Below, in pieces: positions 18,690-30,386 of a stretch of 64,000 nucleotides of DNA. Made by a program: the position numbers and the translations under genes. The notes beneath the pieces are model-generated. The model was not told where the DNA came from. It ran no database searches and saw only the letters and a program-made list of their open reading frames with translations. Source of the DNA: an uncultured Actinomycetota bacterium (GTDB taxonomy: Bacteria > Actinomycetota > UBA4738 > HRBIN12). Numbering within the stretch: the stretch's first letter is position 1; each line of letters opens with the position of its first letter. Location: NCBI GenBank assembly GCA_963788925.1, contig CAWBIH010000004.1, forward strand, positions 5,679 through 69,678, written 5' to 3'.

Positions 18690-19264
18690 TGGCCGTGTTC
18701 GAAGGGAAGCGGCTCGAGGAAGCGAAGGAGATCATGGGCCGTTATCCCGAGGGCCGCGAGCGGTCGGCGATCATGCCGCTGCTCTACCTCGCGCAATCCG
18801 TCGAGGGGCACATCTCCCGCGACGGGCTCAAGGAGGTGGCCGGGCTCCTCGACCTGACCACCGCCGAGGTGGAGGCGGTCGCCTCCTTCTACTCGATGTT
18901 CCGCCTGCGACCGACCGGGACCCACGTCGTGAGCGTGTGCACCAACCTCGCCTGCATGCTCCGCGGCGCCGGCGACGTGTACGAGGCCGCCCACGAGGCC
19001 GCCGGGATGCGCCACGGCCAGGAGCTGTCGGAGGACGAGCTCATCACGCTCCACGAAGAGGAGTGTCTCGGGGTCTGTGACTTCGCCCCCGTCGCGCAGG
19101 TGAACTTCGCGAACCACGACAGCGTCACGCCCGATCGGATGCGGGAGCTCATCTCGGCCTTGAGGAGCGGTGACGTGCCCGAACCGTCGCGAGGTGGTCC
19201 CCGCATGGAAAGTTTCAAGGGCGCGTCGCGTGTCCTCGCGGGCTTGGAGGAGGCGCCGGCATGA
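18689..19264 (+). CDS. nuoE: NADH-quinone oxidoreductase subunit E
   Basis: ATG 18689. [2Fe-2S] ligands lie in VCTNLACMLRG...EECLGVCDFAP. Confidence 0.9.
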   Translation: MAVFEGKRLEEAKEIMGRYPEGRERSAIMPLLYLAQSVEGHISRDGLKEVAGLLDLTTAEVEAVASFYSMFRLRPTGTHVVSVCTNLACMLRGAGDVYEAAHEAAGMRHGQELSEDELITLHEEECLGVCDFAPVAQVNFANHDSVTPDRMRELISALRSGDVPEPSRGGPRMESFKGASRVLAGLEEAPA

Positions 19265-20562
19265 GCGTGGCCTTCGAACGGCGACTCACCCGCGACTGGG
19301 AAGACGCCTCCGTGATCGGGATCGACGGCTATCGCGCGAAGGGTGGCTACGAGGCGCTGAAGAACGCGCTCAACATGGAGCCCGTCGCGATCATCGACAC
19401 CGTGAAGGCGTCCGGACTGCGGGGCCGCGGCGGGGCGGGCTTCCCGACGGGCGTGAAGTGGTCGTTCGTGCCGACGAACACGGGCAAGCCGACCTACGTC
19501 GCCGTGAACTTCGATGAATCCGAACCGGGGACGTGCAACAACCGGGAGCTCGTCGAACGAGACCCGCACCGACTGCTGGAGGGGACGGCGATCGCGGCCC
19601 TCGCGATCGGCTGCCGCACCGCGTTCATCTACGTCCGCGGCGAGTACCTGGCGCAAGGCTTGATCCTCGAGAAGGCGATCGCCGAGGCCTACGAGGCCGG
19701 GTTCCTGGGCACGGGCATCGGCGGCAGCGACCTCGACCTCGACATCGTGCTGCACCGGGGAGCCGGTGCCTACATCTGCGGCGAGGAGACCGCGCTCCTG
19801 AACTCCCTGGAGGGCTTCCGGGGGCAGCCTCGCCTGCGGCCGCCGTTCCCGGCCGTCGAGGGTCTGTACGCCTCGCCCACGGTGATCAACAACGTGGAGA
19901 CGCTGATGTCCGTGCCCGACATCGTCGTGCGCGGTCCCGAGTGGTTCCGCGAGTTCGGCACCGAGAAGTCACCGGGCACGAAGCTCTTCACGATCAGCGG
20001 CAAGGTCGAGCGTCCCGGCAACTACGAGCTCCCGCTCGGAACGCCGCTCCGCGTTCTCCTCGAGGATCTGGCGGGGGGAGTCCTCGGCGGGCGTTCGCTC
20101 AAGGCGTGGACCCCCGGCGGCTCATCGACGCCGCTGCTCACCGCCGAGCACATCGACACGCCGCTCGACTACGAGTCCGTGGCGGCCGCCGGCTCGCTGC
20201 TCGGGACCGGGGCGGTGATGGTCCTCGACGACACCGACTGTGTGGTCGACGCGGCCCAGCGGATGACCCGCTTCTACGCGCACGAGTCGTGCGGGAAGTG
20301 CACGCCGTGCCGCGAGGGGACCTGGTGGGCCGAGCGCGTGCTCGGGCGGATCGCCGACGGCTACGGCCGGGCCGAGGACATCCCGGTCATGGCGGACATG
20401 GGCAAGCACATCATGTTCCGCGCCTTCTGCGCCCTGGCCGACGGGGCGGCGTCCGTCATCGATTCGAGCTTGAAGCACTTCCGCGAAGAGTTCGAGGAGC
20501 ACGTGCGCCTCGGACGATGCCCGTTGCGCCTCGAGCATGCGGAGGTGGCGTCGGCGGTATGA
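19261..20562 (+). CDS. nuoF: NADH-quinone oxidoreductase subunit F
   Basis: Contains GLRGRGGAGFPTG (FMN site), GAGAYICGEETALL and ESCGKCTPCREG. Confidence 0.95.
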   Translation: MSVAFERRLTRDWEDASVIGIDGYRAKGGYEALKNALNMEPVAIIDTVKASGLRGRGGAGFPTGVKWSFVPTNTGKPTYVAVNFDESEPGTCNNRELVERDPHRLLEGTAIAALAIGCRTAFIYVRGEYLAQGLILEKAIAEAYEAGFLGTGIGGSDLDLDIVLHRGAGAYICGEETALLNSLEGFRGQPRLRPPFPAVEGLYASPTVINNVETLMSVPDIVVRGPEWFREFGTEKSPGTKLFTISGKVERPGNYELPLGTPLRVLLEDLAGGVLGGRSLKAWTPGGSSTPLLTAEHIDTPLDYESVAAAGSLLGTGAVMVLDDTDCVVDAAQRMTRFYAHESCGKCTPCREGTWWAERVLGRIADGYGRAEDIPVMADMGKHIMFRAFCALADGAASVIDSSLKHFREEFEEHVRLGRCPLRLEHAEVASAV

Positions 20563-22922
20563 GCGATGTCACGCTGACGATCGACGGCAAGGAGGTCACC
20601 GTTCCTGCGGGGACCCTGATCATCCGGGCCGCGGAGCAGCTCGGCATCGAGGTTCCTCGGTTCTGCGATCACCCGCTCCTGAAGCCCGCCGGCGCGTGCC
20701 GCCAGTGCTACGTGAGCGTCGAGGGGCAGCCGAAGCTCGCCACCTCGTGCACCGTCCCGGTCGCGGCCGGCATGAAGGTGCGGACGCAGAACAGCGATCC
20801 TGAGGTCGCGGACGCGCAGCGAGCGAACATCGAGTTCCTGCTGCTGAACCACCCGCTCGACTGCCCGATCTGCGATCGCGGCGGCGAGTGCCCGCTCCAG
20901 GATCAGGCGCTCGCCTACGGTCCCGGCGACAGCCGTTTTCGCGAGGCGAAGCGCGTCTTCCCCAAGCCGATCCCGATGTCGCCGCTCGTGGGATTGGACC
21001 GTGAGCGATGCATCCTCTGCGCCCGTTGCACGAGGTTCTGCGACGAGATCTCCGGCGATCGGTTCCTCGAGCTCTTCGCGCGTGGCGCCGGCGAGCGCGT
21101 CTCGATCGCCGCCGGCGAGGACTTCCGTTCGCCGTTCAGCGGGAACACCGTCCAGATCTGCCCGGTGGGCGCGCTCACGTCGACGCCGTACCGCTTCGCG
21201 GCGCGGCCGTTCGACCTCACCTACGGCGACTCGGTGTGCCCGCATTGCTCCGCCGGCTGCAACATGCGGGTGGACGTTCGACGGGGCGAGGTGGTCCGGC
21301 ATCTCGCGCGCGACGAGTACGAGGTGAACGACGCGTGGCTCTGCGACAAGGGTCGGTACGCGTATCGGTTCCCGGACTCCCCGGAGCGCATCACGACGCC
21401 GCTGATCCGCGACCACGGGCTCGAGCCCGCGTCTTTCGGCGAGGTGCTCACGAAGATCGCGAGCTGGGTGGACGGCGCGCGCGTCGGAGTGCTGACGGGC
21501 GGGCGCCTGATGGACGAGGACTACTACGCCTTGTCGAAGCTCGTTCGAACGGTCTTCAAGACGAACGACCTCGACCATCGGCGGGGGAGCGGCGCGCCGA
21601 CGGCGGAGTTGTTCGCGGCGCGAGCGCCGATGGGCGTGACGTACGCCGACGTCGAGCACGCGAAGGCGATCTTGGTCGTTGGGCTCGACGCCGAGCAAGA
21701 GGTGCCGATCCTGCACCTGCGGCTGCGGAAGGCCGCGGCCGCAGGCGCGCGGATCTGGGTGCTGCACCCTCGCCGGACGAGGTTGCACGACGTGGCGACG
21801 CACGTCCTGGTCCGGCCCGGGGATGAGGCCCGCCTGCTGGCCGGCGGCGCGGACCCGCTGATGGACGAGGCCTTGGAGGCGCTCCGCGCCGCCGGCGGAA
21901 ACGCCCTGGTGATCGCCGGCGAGCGGCCGGGCGCGGCCGAGGCCGCGCAGGAGCGGTTCCGCACGTCCCGGTTCGCCTACGTCACGAGGCGGGCGGGCGA
22001 CCGCGGGGCGCTTCGCGCCGGTGTGCATCCGTCGCTCCTCCCGGGTGGGCGCAGCATGGGGGAAGCCGGCGCGGTCGAGAGCGTGTGGGCGACCGCCGTC
22101 AACCGAGAGCCCGGCCGCGATGCGCGAGGGATCCTCGAGGCCTGCGCCGCCCGCGAGATCGACGTCCTGTTCCTGATCGGCGTCGATCCGCTGCGTGACC
22201 ACCCAGATTCATCACTCGCACGGAGAGCATTGGAGAACGTGCCGCGGAAGGTGGTTCAGTCGCTGGAGCTCGGCTCGCTCGAGCCGTTCGCGGACGCGTT
22301 CCTCCCGGCCGCGGCCTTCCTCGAGAAGGAAGGCCACGTGACGACGTGGGAGGGTCGCGGACAGCGCCTCCGGCGTGTCCGCGACCCCGAAGGCCTCTCG
22401 ATCCCCGACTGGGAGATCTTCGCGAGCCTCGCGCTCGCGTGCGGGGGCGACCTCGGCTTCGAGAGCCTCGACGAGCTCCACGAAGAGATGGGCGAGCTCC
22501 TCGCACCGCTGGACCTCCTGAGCAGCCTGCCTGCTCCGAACGAGCCGACCGGGGAGGCCTCCGATGAAGGCCTCACGCTCTTCACCTACCCACTGCTCGT
22601 GGACGAGGGTCGCCTGTCGGAGCGGGCCGACGAGCTGAAGGAGGCGCTCGGGGAGAGACCCTTCGTCGAGATCCACCCGGACGATGCCGCCGCCGCCCAC
22701 GTCGGGGACGGCGACGACCTCGTCCTCACGACCGCGGTGGGCGAGGCGACCCTGCCGGCTCGCGTCACCGAGCACGTCGCGAAGGGTTCGGTCTTCGTTC
22801 CCTTCAACCAGGCGGGCTTCCAAGCGAACCGCCTCCTCGACGGTGACTTCGTGACCTCCGTCACCGTCGAGCCGGCCGCGCAGCTCGCGGAAGCGGGCGC
22901 CGAAGCAGGGGCCGAAGGCTGA
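20559..22922 (+). CDS. nuoG: NADH-quinone oxidoreductase subunit G
   Basis: ATG 20559. Contains CRQCYV, HPLDCPICDRGGECPLQ and CILCARCTRFC, followed by a molybdopterin-like C-terminal domain. Confidence 0.95.
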   Translation: MSDVTLTIDGKEVTVPAGTLIIRAAEQLGIEVPRFCDHPLLKPAGACRQCYVSVEGQPKLATSCTVPVAAGMKVRTQNSDPEVADAQRANIEFLLLNHPLDCPICDRGGECPLQDQALAYGPGDSRFREAKRVFPKPIPMSPLVGLDRERCILCARCTRFCDEISGDRFLELFARGAGERVSIAAGEDFRSPFSGNTVQICPVGALTSTPYRFAARPFDLTYGDSVCPHCSAGCNMRVDVRRGEVVRHLARDEYEVNDAWLCDKGRYAYRFPDSPERITTPLIRDHGLEPASFGEVLTKIASWVDGARVGVLTGGRLMDEDYYALSKLVRTVFKTNDLDHRRGSGAPTAELFAARAPMGVTYADVEHAKAILVVGLDAEQEVPILHLRLRKAAAAGARIWVLHPRRTRLHDVATHVLVRPGDEARLLAGGADPLMDEALEALRAAGGNALVIAGERPGAAEAAQERFRTSRFAYVTRRAGDRGALRAGVHPSLLPGGRSMGEAGAVESVWATAVNREPGRDARGILEACAAREIDVLFLIGVDPLRDHPDSSLARRALENVPRKVVQSLELGSLEPFADAFLPAAAFLEKEGHVTTWEGRGQRLRRVRDPEGLSIPDWEIFASLALACGGDLGFESLDELHEEMGELLAPLDLLSSLPAPNEPTGEASDEGLTLFTYPLLVDEGRLSERADELKEALGERPFVEIHPDDAAAAHVGDGDDLVLTTAVGEATLPARVTEHVAKGSVFVPFNQAGFQANRLLDGDFVTSVTVEPAAQLAEAGAEAGAEG

Positions 22923-24044
22923 TGGACTGGCTCGACTGGCTCCTGCTCGTCGCTCGGGTCGTGATCGTGTTCTTCGCGCTGCTGATCTCCGTGTTGGTCT
23001 ACATCTGGTTCGAGCGCAAGATCATCGCGGACATGCAGACGCGCATGGGTCCCATGCGCGCCGGCCCGCGCGGCATCCTCATCACCCTCGCGGACGGGAT
23101 CAAGCTCTTCTTCAAGGAGGGGATCCTCCCGACGAACGCCGACCGGCCCGTCTATCTCATCGCCCCGGTCCTCGCGATGTTCCCGGGGTTCCTCGCGTTC
23201 TGCACGATCCCGTTCGGCACGAGCATCACGCTGTTCGGTCGGGAGCTCCCCTTCCAGCTCGTGGACCTCGACATCGGGATCCTGTGGGTCCTCGCGATGA
23301 CCTCGATCGCGGTGTACGGCGTGGTCCTCGCGGGCTGGTCGAGCGGCTCGAACTATCCGTTGCTCGGGCGCCGTCCGCTCCTCGGCCCAGATGATCTCCT
23401 ACGAGGTCGCGATGGGGCTCTCGCTGGTCGCGGTGCTGATGTACAGCGGCCATCTGTCCTTCTCGGAGATCGTCTCGGCGCAGGATCGCGTGTGGAACGT
23501 GGTCCCGATGTTCCCGGCCTTCCTGCTGTACATGATCTGCGCGATCGCCGAGACCAACCGCCCGCCGTTCGATCTGGCCGAGGCCGAGTCGGAGCTGGTG
23601 GCGGGCTTCCATACCGAGTACTCCGGCATCACGTTCGCGATGTTCTTCCTCGGCGAGTACGTGGCGACCGTGACCGTCGCGGCGATCGGCGTGACGCTGT
23701 TCCTCGGCGGCTGGCGAGGGCCGGGCCCGGACTTCCTCCCGTGGCTCTGGCCGTTCCTGTGGTTCATCCTCAAGGTGACGCTGGTCATCTACGTGTTCGT
23801 CCTCGTCCGCGCCACGCTGCCACGGGTTCGCTACGACCGGCTGATGGCCTTCGGGTGGAAGGTCCTGATCCCCTTCGGTCTCGTGTGGATCCTGATCACG
23901 GGTGCGGTCGTCGTCCTCCCCGATCGGCTCGATCTCAACCGGGGGACGTTGCTGACGTGGGCGGCGATCGCGTTGGTCGCGATGCTGCTGCTCTCGTTCC
24001 TGCCCACGGGTCGGAGCACCCGTCGTGAGGAGATGACTCGATGA
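22922..24044 (+). CDS. nuoH: NADH-quinone oxidoreductase subunit H; single extra base about 23366-23370 splits it into ORFs 22922-24028 and 23391-24044
   Basis: The N-terminal part ends ...[12 protein letters not shown]. Removing one nt restores [20 protein letters not shown]...[26 protein letters not shown]. Confidence 0.9.
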
Positions 24045-24541
24045 CAGACGAACGCCCGCGCGAGCGGACCTTCCTGGGAGACACCGGCGCCGTCCTGAAG
24101 GGTATGGCGACGGTCTTCAAGCAGACGTTCCGCCCCGACAACACCGAGGAGTACCCGAAGGTCGTCGCCCCGATCCCCGAGCGGGCGCACACCGGTCGCC
24201 ACCTACTGAACCGGCACGAGAACGGCCTGGAGAAGTGCATCGGCTGCGAGCTCTGCGCGTTCGCCTGTCCGGCGGACGCGATCTGGGTGGAGGGCGAGGA
24301 CAACGATCCCGAGAACCCGACGTCGCCGGGGGAGCGGTACGCGAAGGACTACCAGATCAACTACCTGCGCTGCATCATGTGCGGCCTCTGCGTCGAGGCC
24401 TGCCCGACGCGTGCGCTCACGCTCACCAACTACTTCGAGATGTCCTACACCTCGCGCGAGGACGCGATCCTCACGAAGGAGCAGCTGCTGGAGCCGCCTC
24501 CGGAGCTCGGCACCACTCCGGGGGCGAAGGAGGGCCTGTAA
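24041..24541 (+). CDS. nuoI: NADH-quinone oxidoreductase subunit I
   Basis: Contains [12 protein letters not shown] and [12 protein letters not shown]. Confidence 0.95.
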   Translation: MTDERPRERTFLGDTGAVLKGMATVFKQTFRPDNTEEYPKVVAPIPERAHTGRHLLNRHENGLEKCIGCELCAFACPADAIWVEGEDNDPENPTSPGERYAKDYQINYLRCIMCGLCVEACPTRALTLTNYFEMSYTSREDAILTKEQLLEPPPELGTTPGAKEGL

Positions 24542-24543
24542 GG

Positions 24544-25098
<555 letters not shown>

Positions 25099-25120
25099 AT
25101 CCGATGCGAGAGATGGGGAC

Positions 25121-25426
25121 GTGAGGACCCCGATCGCCTACTTCGTGGTGCTGTCGGGCGTGCTGTTCACGCTCGGCACGCTCGGCGTGCTCTTGCGGAA
25201 GAACGCGCTCCTGATCTTCATGTCGGTCGAGCTGCAGTTGAACGCGGTGAACCTCGCACTGGTCGCGTTCTCGAGGATGCATATGGCGCTGGACGGCCAG
25301 GTGCTGGCGTTCTTCTCGATGGTCGTCGCGGCCGCCGAGGTGGTCGTGGGCCTCGCGATCATCGTGGCGGTGTACCGGCGCCGGGGAACCGTGGACGTCG
25401 ATCAAGCACGAGGACTCGCCGGCTGA
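25121..25426 (+). CDS. nuoK: NADH-quinone oxidoreductase subunit K
   Basis: ORF 25121-25426. Contains [13 protein letters not shown] and [11 protein letters not shown]. Confidence 0.95.
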   Translation: MRTPIAYFVVLSGVLFTLGTLGVLLRKNALLIFMSVELQLNAVNLALVAFSRMHMALDGQVLAFFSMVVAAAEVVVGLAIIVAVYRRRGTVDVDQARGLAG

Positions 25427-27330
25427 TGGACGACACGAGCGTCGGGATCTCGGGCGTGGCATGGCTCTGGCTCGTCCCCGCGATCCCTCTCGTGGCCGCA
25501 TCCCTCAACCTCTTCGTCGGCCGACGTCTCGGGAAGCTCGCGGGGTTGGTGGCGAGTGGGGCTGTGGGGCTCTCGTTCGTGATATCGCTCGTCGCCGTCC
25601 GCGAGCTCCTGCGCGCGTCTGCCGAAGAACGAGTCGTCACCCAGCATCTGTTCGACTGGATCCAGGTGGGCGCCTTCGAGATCGGCGCCAACCTGCGGCT
25701 CGATGCGGTCTCGGCGACGATGATCCTCGTCATCACCGGGGTCGGCCTCCTGATCCACGTCTACGCGATCGGCTACATGGAGGGCGATCCTCGCTATGGA
25801 CGGTTCTTCGCGTACCTGAACCTGTTCGTCTTCTTCATGCTCCTGCTCGTCCTCGCGGACAACTACGGCCTCCTGTATGTCGGCTGGGAGGGCGTCGGAC
25901 TCTGCTCGTACCTGCTGATCGGGTTCTGGTTCGAGAAGGCCGAGAACGCGAGCGCCGCGAAGAAGGCGTTCATCACCACGCGGATCGGCGACACCGCGAT
26001 GCTCATCGGCCTTGCGCTGATCGTGTCGAAGTTCGGGTCGCTCGACTTCGGTACGGTGCTCGGCGCGCCGGGGGAGACGATCGCGAAGGGCACCGCCACC
26101 GCGATCGCGCTCCTCCTGTTCGCGGGAGCGATCGGGAAGTCCGCGCAGGTGCCGCTCCACGTCTGGCTGCCCGACGCGATGGCAGGCCCCACGCCCGTCT
26201 CCGCGCTGATCCACGCGGCCACGATGGTGACGGCCGGCGTCTACCTCGTCGTTCGGAGCGCACCGCTCTTCGAGCTCTCAGGGGTCGCTCTGACCGTGGT
26301 CCTGGTCGTCGGCCTCGTCACGGCGCTGTTCGCCGCGACCTGCGCGTTGGCACAAGACGACATCAAGCGGGTCCTCGCGTACTCCACGATCAGCCAGCTC
26401 GGGTTCATGTTCATGGCGGCCGGCATGCGCTTCTACACGGGCGCGATGTTCATGCTCGTGGCCCACGCCTTCTACAAGGCCCTGATGTTCCTGGGCGCGG
26501 GGTCCGTGATGCACGGCATGCACGAGGAGACCGACCTGCAACGCATGGGCGGTCTCATCCGCCGGATGCCGATCACGGGATGGACGTTCGTGATCGGCGC
26601 TCTTGCGCTCGCCGGGATCTGGCCACTCGCGGGCTTCTTCGCGAAGGACCAGATCCTCGAGATCGCGAACCACACCGGACGCACGTGGATCTATCTGCTC
26701 GGGACGCTCGGAGCCTTGCTCTCCGCGCTCTACATCGGCCGGCTCCTGTTCCTGGCGTTCTTCGGGGAGCCGAGGAGCGAGGAGGCGGAGCACGCCCACG
26801 AATCGCCGCCCGTGATGACCGTGCCGCTCGTGGCGCTGGCGGCCGGGGCCGCGGTGACCGGCCTCATCCTCGCGACCAACGCGGAGGGCACGCTCGCGAG
26901 GTTCCTCGAGCCCGTGACCGGACCGGTCCCCGAGGGCGAGGGTCTCTCGACCCTCGCCCTCTCGGTCATCGCGACCGCGATCGCGCTCGGCGCGCTCGCG
27001 GTCGCCTGGTGGGTCTACGCCTCGGGCCGTGTCGATCGGCTCACCTTCCGCGAACGGCTGCAGCCGCTGCCGCGAGCGGCCGCGGCGGGCTGGTATGTCG
27101 ATCGTGCCTATTCCACGCTGTTCGTGAACCCGGGGATCGCCGCCGCCCGCTTCTCCGCGGACGTCTTCGACGCGAAGGGCGTCGACGGGCTCGTGAACGG
27201 GGTGGGGGGCGGCGTCCGGCGGCTCGCCGCCGCCGGACGCCGCATCCAGACCGGGTTCGTCCGCTCGTACGCGCTCGGGTTGTTCGTGGGCGCTGTTGGT
27301 GTCCTGCTGTGGCTGGGGACCCGGCTGTGA
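25426..27330 (+). CDS. nuoL: NADH-quinone oxidoreductase subunit L
   Basis: ORF 25426-27330. Contains WEGVGLCSYLLIGFW and [32 protein letters not shown]. Confidence 0.95.
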   Translation: MDDTSVGISGVAWLWLVPAIPLVAASLNLFVGRRLGKLAGLVASGAVGLSFVISLVAVRELLRASAEERVVTQHLFDWIQVGAFEIGANLRLDAVSATMILVITGVGLLIHVYAIGYMEGDPRYGRFFAYLNLFVFFMLLLVLADNYGLLYVGWEGVGLCSYLLIGFWFEKAENASAAKKAFITTRIGDTAMLIGLALIVSKFGSLDFGTVLGAPGETIAKGTATAIALLLFAGAIGKSAQVPLHVWLPDAMAGPTPVSALIHAATMVTAGVYLVVRSAPLFELSGVALTVVLVVGLVTALFAATCALAQDDIKRVLAYSTISQLGFMFMAAGMRFYTGAMFMLVAHAFYKALMFLGAGSVMHGMHEETDLQRMGGLIRRMPITGWTFVIGALALAGIWPLAGFFAKDQILEIANHTGRTWIYLLGTLGALLSALYIGRLLFLAFFGEPRSEEAEHAHESPPVMTVPLVALAAGAAVTGLILATNAEGTLARFLEPVTGPVPEGEGLSTLALSVIATAIALGALAVAWWVYASGRVDRLTFRERLQPLPRAAAAGWYVDRAYSTLFVNPGIAAARFSADVFDAKGVDGLVNGVGGGVRRLAAAGRRIQTGFVRSYALGLFVGAVGVLLWLGTRL

Positions 27331-28874
27331 ACAAGCTCCTCACGCTCACGACGTTCATCCCGCTCCTGGGCGCGTTGATGGTCCTGGCAGGCGGTCGCGG
27401 CCTGAAGGACGAGGCGGCGCGCTGGGTCGCGCTCGGGGCCTCGGTCGCGACGTTCATCGTGTCCCTCGTCGTCCTGGGCCGCTTCGATCCCGCCTCCTCG
27501 GAACCGTTCCAGATGATCGAGATCGCTCGCTGGGTGCCCTCGATCGGCCTGTCCTACGCCGTCGGCATCGACGGCCTCAGCATCTGGATGCTCCTGCTCA
27601 CGACCTTCCTGTTCCCCGTGTCGATCCTCGCGTCTTGGACGATCACGAAGGACGTCCGCCGCTATCTCGCCGCGATCCTCGTGCTCGAGACGGCGGTGAT
27701 CGGCACGTTCGTCGCCCTCGACCTGTTGCTCTTCTTCCTCTTCTTCGAGGCGCTCCTCGTGCCGATGTATCTGTTGATCGGCGGGTGGGGAGGCCAGCGC
27801 CGCATCTACGCCGCGATCAAGTTCTTCCTGTTCACGATGGCGGGCTCGGCGTTCCTCCTCGTCGCCATCCTGTTCCTGTACGCCCAACAGGACGGCCCCA
27901 GGCTGTTCGGATACGGCGCGATGATGGACGCGGCCGCGGGTGTGCCGGTCACGACGGCCCGGTGGTTGTTCCTCGCGTTCTTCGTCGCGTTCGCGGTGAA
28001 GGTGCCGTTGGTCCCGCTGCACACCTGGCTGCCGGACGCGCACACCGAGGCGCCGACGGCCGGCTCGGTCCTCCTGGCCGCGCTCCTGTTGAAGGTCGGG
28101 ACGTACGGGCTGATCCGGTTCAATCTGATGCTCTTCCCGGAGGCGTCGAAGTACTTCGCGACGTTCGTCGGCGTGATCGCCGTGATCGGGATCATCTACG
28201 GAGCGGTGAACGCGCTGATCCAGACCGACATCAAGCGGCTGGTCGCGTACTCGTCCGTCTCGCACCTCGGCTTCGTCGTGTTGGGCGTGTTCGCGTTCAC
28301 CCAGCAGGGGGTCACCGGAGGCGTGCTGCAGATGGTGAACCACGGTCTCGCGACCGGCGGGCTGTTCCTCCTCGTCGGGATGGTCTACGAGCGGACGCAC
28401 ACGCGCGACCTGGACCAGATGGGCGGGCTCGCATCGGGGATGCCGTGGCTGATGGGCGCGTTCTTGTTCACGGCATTCGCCTCCGCAGGCTTGCCCGGGC
28501 TGAACGGGTTCGTCGGCGAGTTCCTCGTGATCGTCGGGACGTTCGCCGTCAGCAACTGGTTCGGGGCGCTCGCCGCGACCGCCGTGGTGCTCGCCGCGAT
28601 CTACCTCCTCTGGTCGTACCAGCGGATGGCGTTCGGGCCTGTCCGCGAGGAGCACCGGCTGCTGCCCGACGTGAACCTTCGCGAGGTCGTGGTCCTCGCG
28701 CCCGTTCTGGCGCTCCTCCTCCTGTTCGGTGTGGCGCCGAAACTGCTCACCGACAGGATCGACCCGGCATCCGAAGCCGTGATCGCGCGCGTCGCGCCAG
28801 ACCCGCAGCACACGACCGACGTCGGTTCGCCCGTGAAGAACTCGATCATCGCCGTTCCGGGAGGCCTGCCGTGA
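27327..28874 (+). CDS. nuoM: NADH-quinone oxidoreductase subunit M
   Basis: GTG 27327. Contains FFEALLVPMYLLIGGWG and VPLHTWLPDAHTEAPTAGS. Confidence 0.95.
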   Translation: MNKLLTLTTFIPLLGALMVLAGGRGLKDEAARWVALGASVATFIVSLVVLGRFDPASSEPFQMIEIARWVPSIGLSYAVGIDGLSIWMLLLTTFLFPVSILASWTITKDVRRYLAAILVLETAVIGTFVALDLLLFFLFFEALLVPMYLLIGGWGGQRRIYAAIKFFLFTMAGSAFLLVAILFLYAQQDGPRLFGYGAMMDAAAGVPVTTARWLFLAFFVAFAVKVPLVPLHTWLPDAHTEAPTAGSVLLAALLLKVGTYGLIRFNLMLFPEASKYFATFVGVIAVIGIIYGAVNALIQTDIKRLVAYSSVSHLGFVVLGVFAFTQQGVTGGVLQMVNHGLATGGLFLLVGMVYERTHTRDLDQMGGLASGMPWLMGAFLFTAFASAGLPGLNGFVGEFLVIVGTFAVSNWFGALAATAVVLAAIYLLWSYQRMAFGPVREEHRLLPDVNLREVVVLAPVLALLLLFGVAPKLLTDRIDPASEAVIARVAPDPQHTTDVGSPVKNSIIAVPGGLP

Positions 28875-30349
28875 TCGGGCAAGAGGTCCTCCCGACCCCC
28901 GCGCTCGTGTTCGAGCCGGTCCTGCCGGAGCTCGTCCTCGTGGCGTTCGCGATCGCCGGGCTGCTCTACGAGGCCCTCGCCAAGCGAGCGGAACCGCTGG
29001 TCCACCTGTCGATAGGCCTGATCGGCGTGGCCCTCGCCGCGGCGACCAGCCTCTCGCTGTGGAGTTGGGACGGGGCCGCGACCGTGCTGGGAGGGACGGT
29101 CGCGGCCGATCGCTTCGCCGTCCTCGCGCGGCTCCTCCTCCTGGCGATCGCCGCGCTCGGCCTGCTCCTCGGCTACGAGTACTTCGCGCGGTCCGGCGAC
29201 GAACAGAAGGGCGAGTTCACGCCGCTGCTCCTGTTCGCCACCTCGGGGATGACGCTGATCGTGGCGGCAGCGGACCTCATCGTGACGTTCCTCGCGCTCG
29301 AGATCCTCTCGCTCTCGCTCTACGTCCTCACCGGCCTCACCGGCCGCCGCGCGGCGAACGAGGCCTCGATGAAGTACTTCTTGCTCGGCGCCTTCAGCTC
29401 CGCGTTCTTCCTCTACGGCGTCGCGATGGCCTACGGCGCGACCGGCACGACGAAGATCGGAGCGATGGCGCTCGCCTTGACCGGGAACGACGGAACGCAG
29501 TCGCTCGCCCTTCTCGGCTTCGCGCTCCTCGCGGTCGGTTTCGGGTTCAAGGTCTCCGCCGCGCCGTTCCACATGTGGACGCCGGACGTCTATCAGGGGG
29601 CACCGACTCCGGTGACCGCCTACATGTCGGCCGCGACGAAGGTCGCGGCGTTCGCTGCCTTGATCCGGGTGTTGGACGTCGCGTTCCAGGCGCTCGCGTG
29701 GGACTGGGCGCCGGTCGTGTGGGGCCTCGCTGCGGTCTCGATCGTCCTGGGGAGCATCCTCGCGATCGCCCAGACGAACGTGAAGCGCATGCTGGCGTAC
29801 TCGAGCATCGCCCACGCCGGCTTCATCCTCACGGGACTGACGGCTCCCGGGGCGGTCGGGATCCGCTCGGCGGTCTTCTACCTGGTCGCGTACGCGGCGA
29901 TGACCGTCGGCGCCTTCGGGACCGTGATGCTGGTGTCCGGCAGGGGAGAGGAGCGGACCCGGATCTCCGACTACGCGGGCCTCGCGCGGACCGACCCGGT
30001 CGCCGCGGCCTTGATGACCCTGTTCCTGTTGTCCCTCGCGGGCATCCCCCCGACCGCCGGGTTCATCGCGAAGGTGAACGTCTTCTCGGCGGCGATCGGC
30101 GCCGGGTATTGGGCGCTCGTGCTGGTGGGCGTGCTCATGAGTGTCGCGGCCGCGTTCTTCTACCTCCGCGTGATCGTCGTGATGTACATGCAGGAGCCCG
30201 AAGAGGCTCCGGCCTCGGACACCATCGAGCTCGCCGGCGGCGCCGCAGGAGCCGTCCTCATCGTGCCGGCCGCCGCGACCCTGGTCCTGGGCCTGTTCCC
30301 CGGTGTGATCGTCGGCGTCATCGAGAAGGCCTCGGTGCTGCGATGGTGA
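28871..30349 (+). CDS. nuoN: NADH-quinone oxidoreductase subunit N
   Basis: GTG 28871. Contains LEILSLSLYVL and APFHMWTPDVYQGAPTPVTAY. Confidence 0.95.
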   Translation: MIGQEVLPTPALVFEPVLPELVLVAFAIAGLLYEALAKRAEPLVHLSIGLIGVALAAATSLSLWSWDGAATVLGGTVAADRFAVLARLLLLAIAALGLLLGYEYFARSGDEQKGEFTPLLLFATSGMTLIVAAADLIVTFLALEILSLSLYVLTGLTGRRAANEASMKYFLLGAFSSAFFLYGVAMAYGATGTTKIGAMALALTGNDGTQSLALLGFALLAVGFGFKVSAAPFHMWTPDVYQGAPTPVTAYMSAATKVAAFAALIRVLDVAFQALAWDWAPVVWGLAAVSIVLGSILAIAQTNVKRMLAYSSIAHAGFILTGLTAPGAVGIRSAVFYLVAYAAMTVGAFGTVMLVSGRGEERTRISDYAGLARTDPVAAALMTLFLLSLAGIPPTAGFIAKVNVFSAAIGAGYWALVLVGVLMSVAAAFFYLRVIVVMYMQEPEEAPASDTIELAGGAAGAVLIVPAAATLVLGLFPGVIVGVIEKASVLRW

Positions 30350-30386
30350 CCACGAGTGAGATGGTGAGCTCGATGGAGACTTCACC